A stretch of DNA of 32,000 nt from positions 240,001 through 272,000 of the forward strand of contig JAUWGH010000005.1 of NCBI GenBank assembly GCA_030606485.1, written 5' to 3'. This document shows, in pieces, positions 25,173 to 32,000 of this stretch. The first letter of the stretch is position 1. Each line of letters begins with the position of its first letter. A program made the translations under genes and the position numbers. The DNA comes from Promethearchaeota archaeon (lineage in GTDB: Archaea; Asgardarchaeota; Lokiarchaeia; Sigyniarchaeales; SOKP01). The notes under the pieces were generated by a model. It ran no database searches and was not told the origin of the DNA. It was given only the letters and a program-made list of their open reading frames with translations.

Positions 25173-28061
25173 ATGATAAATACTATGATTCATGTAAAAG
25201 GAGCTCGTCAGAACAATCTCAAAAATATAGATGTAAAGATACCTCATAATAAATTAATTGTAATTACGGGAGTTTCTGGGAGTGGAAAATCAAGTTTAGC
25301 AATGGATACTATTTTTGCAGAAGGCCAAAGACGTTTTTTAAAATCATTATCAAGTTATGCGAGACAATTTCTGGGTGAATTAGAAAAGCCAGATGTCGAT
25401 TCCATTGAAGGGCTCAGCCCCTCTATCGCAATTGAGCAAAAAGCGATATCAAGAAATCCAAGAAGTACGGTGGGGACAGTAACTGAAATTTATGATCATT
25501 TAAGAGTTCTTTATGCAAATATCGGTATTGCTCATTGTCCAAATTGTGGAAGAGAAATATCACCTCAAACTGCTACTGAGATAGTGTCTCAAATAATTAA
25601 GCAACATAAAAAGGACTCAAAAATTATTATCAAATCCCCTGTTGTAAGAGCAAGAAAAGGGTTATACCAAGATTTATTAGAAAAATTAAAGCGTCAGGGT
25701 TATGCAAGAGTTGAAATTGATGGTATTCAATATTCACTTTCTGAAGAAATTATCCTTGATAAATATAAAAAACATAATATTGATATAATTGTTGATAGGT
25801 TAGTAATTTCGGATGATATTAGAAAAAGATTATCGGATTCAGTTGAGACTTCACTAAAACTTGGAGAAGGAATAGTTAAAATAGAAACTTTAGGTGAGGA
25901 TGGCAGCACAGAACAAACATTATCTGAACATTATGCGTGTATTGAATGTGGATTATCCTTTTCCGATTTAAAGCCGCGAATGTTTTCCTTTAATACGCCT
26001 CATGGCTCTTGCCAGAAGTGCAATGGATTAGGAAGTGCTTTACAATTCCTTCCAAGTTTAATTATTGGAAAAGATTTAACAAAAACATTGGAAGAAAGCA
26101 ATATCAGAAAAATTTCAGGATTTAAGAGTACAAATGGTTATTCTTGGCAAATTTTAAAGCAAGTCTTAAAACATTATAAAGCAGAGACGAAGACTCCGAT
26201 TAAAGATCTTGATCCTGAATTGTTAGAAAAAATATTATATGGTACAGGATATGATGAAATACAATTTGATTTAAGAAAAGAAGAATATGATAGTAGATTT
26301 AATAAAAGAGAGAAAAATGATAATACAAGTTATCAATGGAGATTTAAAAGAGCCTTTGAAGGATTAATTCCATTATTATATCGAAGATATGTCGAAACTA
26401 CTTCTAAGGAGCAACGAGTTTCTTATAGTCACTTTATGATCGAAGTGATATGTCCAAAATGTAAAGGACAGCGATTAAATCCTTTTAGTCTATCAGTATT
26501 AATAGGAGGAAAAAACATTACGGAAATTTGTGATTTGGCTGTCAAAGACACATTTAAATTCTTAAATAAATTGAAATTAACAGAAATTGAGAAAAAAATC
26601 TCTAAAGATGTTTTAAAAGAGACTAAAGATAGATTATCGTTTTTGATTAATGTTGGTTTGGATTACATTTCATTAAATAGAAAAGCTCAGACGCTATCAG
26701 TTGGAGAAAGCGAAAGAATAAGACTAGCAACACAATTGGGTTCTAATCTTGTTGGTGTTACTTATGTACTTGATGAACCAACTATAGGGCTTCATACTCG
26801 AGACATTAAAAAATTAATTAATATGTTAAAGAAACTAAGAGATTTAGGGAATACAGTTATAGTTGTTGAACATGATGAGAGTATTATAAGGAATGCGGAC
26901 CATATAATCGACTTAGGACCATTCGCAGGAGAAAATGGGGGCTATTTAGTTGCAGAGGGACCATTACAGGCAATAATTTCCAATGAAAAATCAATTACGG
27001 GAAAATATCTAAATGGTCAACTAACAATTCCTCTTCCCGTTTCAAGAAGGAAACTAAATAATAAATTTTTAAGAATAAAAGGTGCTCGAGAGAATAATTT
27101 AAAGAACATTGATCTAAAAATACCCTTAGGAGTTATTGTTTGTGTCACTGGTGTTTCAGGAGCCGGAAAAACGAGTCTTTTTGTAGATTGCCTTTATAAA
27201 GGTCTTAAAAAAATAATGGGTTCTGAAGACAGATTTTATAAAGTTGGAGATTTTGATGATATTTTTGGCTTTCAAAATATTGATAAAATCATTAATATTG
27301 ATCAGAGTCCTATAGGGCGAACTCCACGTTCAATTCCAGCAACTTACACAAAAGCATTAGATTATATTAGAGAAATATACGCAAATTTACCAGAAGCAAA
27401 AGAAAGAGGGTATCTAAAAGGACGTTTCTCTTTTAATGTAAAAGGAGGTCGTTGTGGAAAATGTCAAGGCACTGGTTATATTCTCAAAGAGATGTTATTT
27501 CTTCCTGATGTATATATAAGGTGTGATGTATGTAAAGGGAAAAGATTTAATGATGAAACTTTAGACATAAAATTTAAAGGATATTCTATTGCAGACGTCT
27601 TAAAGATGTCATTCAGTAAAGCTTACAGAGTTTTTAAAAATATCCCGAATCTAAAAAGAACAATCAAAACAGTTATAGATGTAGGTCTAGGTTATCTAGA
27701 ATTAGGACAATCATCTACAACTTTAAGTGGGGGTGAAGCACAACGATTAAAAATTGCCAGAGAACTAAGAAAGGTTAGTACAGGAAACACGCTATATCTA
27801 CTTGATGAACCAACAACTGGATTACACTTTGATGATGTTAAAAAATTAATAAATGTACTTCAAAAATTAACTGATAAAGGAAATACTGTTATAATTATTG
27901 AACATAATATGGAAATCATTAAATCAACTGATTATATTATTGATTTAGGGCCAGAAGGAGGAGAAAAAGGAGGAGAAATAGTCGTTCAAGGCACACCAGA
28001 AGAGATTATTAGAAATAAGGATTCATATACGGGAAAATTTTTAAAGAAATATTTGCAATAA
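25173..28061 (+). CDS. uvrA: Excinuclease ABC subunit A
   Basis: Two Walker A motifs (GVSGSGKSS, GVSGAGKTS), Zn-finger CxxC pairs, LDEPT twice, LSGGEAQR. Confidence 0.97.
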   Translation: MINTMIHVKGARQNNLKNIDVKIPHNKLIVITGVSGSGKSSLAMDTIFAEGQRRFLKSLSSYARQFLGELEKPDVDSIEGLSPSIAIEQKAISRNPRSTVGTVTEIYDHLRVLYANIGIAHCPNCGREISPQTATEIVSQIIKQHKKDSKIIIKSPVVRARKGLYQDLLEKLKRQGYARVEIDGIQYSLSEEIILDKYKKHNIDIIVDRLVISDDIRKRLSDSVETSLKLGEGIVKIETLGEDGSTEQTLSEHYACIECGLSFSDLKPRMFSFNTPHGSCQKCNGLGSALQFLPSLIIGKDLTKTLEESNIRKISGFKSTNGYSWQILKQVLKHYKAETKTPIKDLDPELLEKILYGTGYDEIQFDLRKEEYDSRFNKREKNDNTSYQWRFKRAFEGLIPLLYRRYVETTSKEQRVSYSHFMIEVICPKCKGQRLNPFSLSVLIGGKNITEICDLAVKDTFKFLNKLKLTEIEKKISKDVLKETKDRLSFLINVGLDYISLNRKAQTLSVGESERIRLATQLGSNLVGVTYVLDEPTIGLHTRDIKKLINMLKKLRDLGNTVIVVEHDESIIRNADHIIDLGPFAGENGGYLVAEGPLQAIISNEKSITGKYLNGQLTIPLPVSRRKLNNKFLRIKGARENNLKNIDLKIPLGVIVCVTGVSGAGKTSLFVDCLYKGLKKIMGSEDRFYKVGDFDDIFGFQNIDKIINIDQSPIGRTPRSIPATYTKALDYIREIYANLPEAKERGYLKGRFSFNVKGGRCGKCQGTGYILKEMLFLPDVYIRCDVCKGKRFNDETLDIKFKGYSIADVLKMSFSKAYRVFKNIPNLKRTIKTVIDVGLGYLELGQSSTTLSGGEAQRLKIARELRKVSTGNTLYLLDEPTTGLHFDDVKKLINVLQKLTDKGNTVIIIEHNMEIIKSTDYIIDLGPEGGEKGGEIVVQGTPEEIIRNKDSYTGKFLKKYLQ

Positions 28062-28178
28062 TGATTTTTCTAATTCTTTTTAGTTTTTCATATCTTATTT
28101 GTAATGATAATTAATATAAGATTTTTTTTAATATTATAAATTAAGAAGTTTAATAGATATGAAGTGGGATTTTTAATA

Positions 28179-29978
28179 ATGCAATCTATCAAGGAAAATA
28201 AAAAACCTAGGGAATTAATAGCCTCAATACTCGGTCACATTGACCATGGAAAGACAAGCTTATTAGATTATGTGAGAGGGACGGTAGTTCAAAAAAGAGA
28301 AGCAGCGGGAATTACACAGCATATCGGAGCTAGTTATTTCCCAGTAGAAGCGATTAAAAACTTTTGTGGAGATAAATTTGCAAAATTGGACATTTTCCTC
28401 CCTGGTATTTTAATTGTGGATACTCCAGGGCACGCAGCATTTATGAACTTGAGGAAAAGGGGAGGAGCAGTTGCAGATATCGCAATTTTAGTAATTGATA
28501 TAATGGATGGACCAATGCCAATTACTTGGGAATCTGTAAATATACTCCGAGAAAAAAAGGTCCCTTTTATTATCGCAGCAAATAAAATAGACAGAATTCC
28601 AAGTTGGAAACCTAATAAAAATGCTGACTTTGTTGAAACCTATAATAAGCAAAGTGAATTTGTTCAAAAAAATTTTGATGAGAAATTATATAAGATTATT
28701 GGAGATTTCTTAGAAGAGGGGTTTCCCGGGTGTGATAGATATGATAAAATAAAAGATTTTACTAAAAGCTTAGCTATTGTGCCCACTAGTGCCATTACTG
28801 GGGAGGGGATATCTTCACTGCTTATCGTATTATTAGGATTAGCACAACAATTTTTAAAAGATAAATTACTATATTCTGAAGGTCCAGCAAAAGGTGTAGT
28901 ATTGGAGGTTAAAAAGGAAGCTGGATACGGATTTACAATTGATGCTTTAATATATGATGGAATCATTAAAAAAGGGCAAAAAATGGTTGTTGGAGGATTA
29001 GAAAAACCAATTGTTACAAAAATACGAGCCCTTTTTCAACCAAAACCACTTGATGAGATTAGAGATCCTCGTCAAAAATTTGATTCAGTAAATGAAATTC
29101 ACGCATCTGCTGGAATAAAAATCCTAGCATCAGATTTAGAAGGTACTGTTGCAGGAGCTCCACTTTATGTAATCGAAAATGAATCGAAAGAAGAAGAAAT
29201 TTATAAAATAGTTGAAGAAGAAGTTAATAGTATAAGAATACAGACAGATAAGGCAGGGATCGTTCTAAAAGCGGATACTTTAGGATCTTTAGAGGCATTA
29301 GAGAAACATTTATCCGAAAATGGTATTAATATTAGTAGGGCTGATGTAGGTCCAATAAAAAAAGCCGATATATTGAGTGCAGTTGTAGTGAGAGATTTTG
29401 ATTTATATTCGTCCGTTGTTCTTGGCTTTAATGTAAATATCTTAGATGAAGCAAAAGAAATGGCATACGATGAAAATGTAAGAATTTTTACCAATGATGT
29501 CATTTATAGATTGACAGAGGATTATATTGAATATAAGGAAACTCGAAAAGCAGAAGATACTGCAAAAGAATTAGGTGAATTGGTCTTACCGGGAAAGCTT
29601 CAAATGATGCCGGAATTTATCTTTAGAAACTCAAATCCTGCTGTTTTTGGAGTTAGGGTAATTGGAGGTGATCTGGTTTCCAAAGTTCCTATAATCAAAA
29701 ATAATGGGAAATACATAGGGCGTATAAATAAAGTTCAAGATAAAGGACAAAATATTCAAAAAGCAACTAAAGATATGCAGGTAGCAGTTTCAATGAAAGG
29801 TGTTGAAATTGGTAGAGATCTTGAAAAAGATGAGATTCTATATATAAATGTTCCTGAATCTCATGTAAGACAATTAATTGGAAAATTTCTGGATGAATTA
29901 ACCTCAGAACAAAAAGATATTTTACGAGAATATATTGTCTTAATGCGAAAAGAAAAAAACCCTTGGTGGGGCATGTAG
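28179..29978 (+). CDS. infB: Translation initiation factor aIF5B (IF-2)
   Basis: GHIDHGKT, GITQHIGA, DTPGH, NKID, KADTLGSLEAL, FRNSNPAVFGV. ATG 28179 preferred over GTG 28164. Confidence 0.96.
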   Translation: MQSIKENKKPRELIASILGHIDHGKTSLLDYVRGTVVQKREAAGITQHIGASYFPVEAIKNFCGDKFAKLDIFLPGILIVDTPGHAAFMNLRKRGGAVADIAILVIDIMDGPMPITWESVNILREKKVPFIIAANKIDRIPSWKPNKNADFVETYNKQSEFVQKNFDEKLYKIIGDFLEEGFPGCDRYDKIKDFTKSLAIVPTSAITGEGISSLLIVLLGLAQQFLKDKLLYSEGPAKGVVLEVKKEAGYGFTIDALIYDGIIKKGQKMVVGGLEKPIVTKIRALFQPKPLDEIRDPRQKFDSVNEIHASAGIKILASDLEGTVAGAPLYVIENESKEEEIYKIVEEEVNSIRIQTDKAGIVLKADTLGSLEALEKHLSENGINISRADVGPIKKADILSAVVVRDFDLYSSVVLGFNVNILDEAKEMAYDENVRIFTNDVIYRLTEDYIEYKETRKAEDTAKELGELVLPGKLQMMPEFIFRNSNPAVFGVRVIGGDLVSKVPIIKNNGKYIGRINKVQDKGQNIQKATKDMQVAVSMKGVEIGRDLEKDEILYINVPESHVRQLIGKFLDELTSEQKDILREYIVLMRKEKNPWWGM

Positions 29979-30003
29979 GAATTAGTTATAAAAGGCGGAT
30001 CAC

Positions 30004-31458
30004 ATGACTCAATTTGATGACATATTTAAAGGTGCTCTCAATGAAATTCTTCCTACAAAGCAAGAAATAGAAAAGCATAAAGAAATTATTGATTTTTTGA
30101 CCAAATTACTAACACAAAAGGCAAAAGAATTGGGAATTACCTTTAAATTTATTGAGCCTCAAGGTTCAACAGGAATTAAACAAACTCAATTGAGAAACAC
30201 ATCTGATATTGATTTGTTTATTGGAATGGATTTTAAATCGTTTATGGAAGAAAAAATAAGTAAAACTAAATTAAAACAAAAATTGAAAAGTAAATTTAGA
30301 GAACTCTGTGAAACTTGGATAATTAAAGCTATAGAAAAGCACGATTTTAAGAATATTATATTACTTTATGCAGAACATCCTTATGTCTCTGCGGAATATA
30401 TTGATTCAGAAGGAATAACTGAAATTGATATTGTTCTCTGCTTTGCTTTATCTAAGGAATACTTATTGGAAAATGGTCCAATAACGGCTGTTGATAGAAC
30501 TCCTTGGCATACTCGATTTGTTAGAGATAATTTAACTAAGGAACAAAAGAATGAAGTAAGATTATTAAAACAATTTTTTAAATGCTGTTATTCCTATGGA
30601 GATAAAAGTCCTGTTGGAAGGATAGGGTTCATAGGATACAGTTCAGAATTATTAATTTATCATTTCAGAAATTTATTAAATTTATTTGAGTATTTTGATG
30701 AATTGGAATATCAATCCATCGATTTTTTTAGTAGAAATACTAAAGAATTAAAAAAAAAGCCTCGATTTATTAATGATTTTCTAATTATAATTGATCCCAC
30801 AGACAAAAACAGAAATGTAGCAGCTGCAATATCAAAAAAAGCATATTATTATTGTAAAGATAAAGTTAAGCAATTTTTAAAAGATCCAGACATTTCATAT
30901 TTTCAAATTAAATCCTTACCAATTGTTGATTTTAATTTGGTAAAGAAAGAAGCGATATTTGACCATCTTTTTTTAATTGAATTCAAAAATGAAAATTTAG
31001 AGGTTCATTATACAGAATTACGAGATAAATTATATTCTTTTGGAGAAAAGGTAAAAAGTAGTGGCGAAATAGAAAAATCTAAAGACCCTAGATTTGGAAA
31101 AATTACTTTTGAAGTTTATTTCGAAACTGATAAAAGTTTTTATGCAATCTCATTTTTTTGCGAAAATCCAAAAATTTCAGAGAAATTTCTTAGGCGTGGT
31201 CCACCAGTTAAGGAAAAATTACATGCGAAGCAATTTAAAAAGAAAAACCCTAATTATCTTCTAAAAGAAAACTTTCTTTATATAGAAGAGAAGCGAAGAT
31301 TCATTAAATTTTTAGACTTTTTAAATGATATTTCAATAAATAAAGCACCGAAAGAATTTGATATAATTAACGTTTCAAATTGTTATCATGCAAAGACTGA
31401 TGTTGGAAAGAGATGTGTTTATGTTCTAAAGGAAATGGTACTTCCTTACATCAAATAA
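30004..31458 (+). CDS. cca: Archaeal (class I) CCA-adding tRNA nucleotidyltransferase
   Basis: QGS...TQL...SDIDLF, YAEHPYV, AVDRTPWH, RLLKQF, GFIGYSSELL, IIDPTDKNRNVAAA. Confidence 0.92.
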   Translation: MTQFDDIFKGALNEILPTKQEIEKHKEIIDFLTKLLTQKAKELGITFKFIEPQGSTGIKQTQLRNTSDIDLFIGMDFKSFMEEKISKTKLKQKLKSKFRELCETWIIKAIEKHDFKNIILLYAEHPYVSAEYIDSEGITEIDIVLCFALSKEYLLENGPITAVDRTPWHTRFVRDNLTKEQKNEVRLLKQFFKCCYSYGDKSPVGRIGFIGYSSELLIYHFRNLLNLFEYFDELEYQSIDFFSRNTKELKKKPRFINDFLIIIDPTDKNRNVAAAISKKAYYYCKDKVKQFLKDPDISYFQIKSLPIVDFNLVKKEAIFDHLFLIEFKNENLEVHYTELRDKLYSFGEKVKSSGEIEKSKDPRFGKITFEVYFETDKSFYAISFFCENPKISEKFLRRGPPVKEKLHAKQFKKKNPNYLLKENFLYIEEKRRFIKFLDFLNDISINKAPKEFDIINVSNCYHAKTDVGKRCVYVLKEMVLPYIK

Positions 31459-31756
31459 TTAATTTAACTTGTTTTTTCTAAAGTTTTTACCTAACTAATA
31501 TTTAAGAAATATTTTTTTGAATTCTTACTTGGTAATCAATTTACATGGATTTTACCTACAAATTATAAATTGTTTAAATATCATATCTAAATAATTTTTA
31601 CTTTAATTTTTTAATTGTTATTTTGGAATACTCGCGTTGATATAAAAGTATAGCATTATTTGAGTGTTCTTATTTTTAAAAATCGCAAAATTTTTATTTT
31701 TCTTCATATTTAAAAATGTAATTAGATGAACGAATAAATAAGTTGAAAAAATTACA

Positions 31757-32000
31757 ATGGTAAAAGTAAAAAATCCCGAAGAAATCCGGAGTCTAGTGAT
31801 TAGCGGACCTTATGAGAAGAAAAGGATCTTCTCAATTGTTGCGCATATCGACCATGGGAAAACAACAACTACAGATTATCTTTTAGAAAGAGCGGGGCTT
31901 ATGCGAGAAGAAGATGCAGGTCTACTCCTTGCGACCGACTCGGATGAAGAAGAACAAGAAAGGGGTATTACGATATTTACAAGCGTTGTATTACTTGCTT
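31757..32000 (+). CDS. Translation elongation factor EF-2 family GTPase (5' part, runs off the right edge)
   Basis: Not in the ORF track. [81 protein letters not shown] contains AHIDHGKT and EQERGITI. Confidence 0.9.
   Translation, partial: MVKVKNPEEIRSLVISGPYEKKRIFSIVAHIDHGKTTTTDYLLERAGLMREEDAGLLLATDSDEEEQERGITIFTSVVLLA

Noticed and set aside
2770-29503. Other short ORFs overlapping confident genes (e.g. 2770..3000, 3540..3725, 7618..7836, 7724..7906, 8139..8330, 9142..9381, 11314..11574, 16511..16699, 17375..17584, 20860..21075, 23576..23785, 25727..25909, 28664..28966, 29201..29503)
   Set aside because: All or mostly nested in or antisense to well-supported genes, with composition typical of shadow frames.
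31626-31669. Possible hairpin GAATACTC/GAGTGTTC upstream of EF-2
   Set aside because: It encloses a TATA-like TATAAAAG and is more simply the promoter region; inner pairing is weak, so no ncRNA is called.
1-32000. tRNA, rRNA, CRISPR arrays, IS elements, inteins
   Set aside because: No GC-rich structured intergenic segment, spaced repeat array, transposase/integrase ORF, or intein insertion was seen by eye; tRNAscan-SE and Infernal would be needed to exclude small RNAs formally.

Overview
AT-rich archaeal chromosome segment, most consistent with an Asgard archaeon (Lokiarchaeia-like). This is an inference from an Arf-like small GTPase, archaeal information-processing genes, a Sec-containing split hydrogenase and a divergent EF-2. 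Left to right: 5' part of a secreted ~54-aa repeat protein whose signal peptide is out of frame at an A8 tract; two hypotheticals; a small GTPase; a csl4-(DUF2067-like)-rpoL-RNase III-like-DUF99 cluster with a divergent METTL5-type methyltransferase; enolase; RFC small subunit; a tusA-yeeE-dsrEFH sulfur-relay operon; a [NiFeSe]-hydrogenase/heterodisulfide reductase operon (vhuG-vhuA-vhuU-hdrC-hdrB); ADP-forming acyl-CoA synthetase alpha subunit; truA; a 50-aa ORF; a 1293-aa AglB/STT3; uvrB-uvrA; aIF5B; CCA-adding enzyme; and the start of an EF-2. The main signal missed by the ORF track is vhuU (14622..14783), with an in-frame UGA at the Ni-ligand position (RCYDC-U-LSCAAH) and a SECIS-like hairpin overlapping its own stop codon. 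The small subunit VhuG carries a duplicated Fe-S domain, hdrA and vhuD are absent from the operon, and a persulfide-relay/thiosulfate-transporter operon lies directly upstream. Together these suggest a possible H2-driven sulfur/selenium-handling module (hypothesis). I found no rRNA, tRNA, CRISPR array or mobile element.
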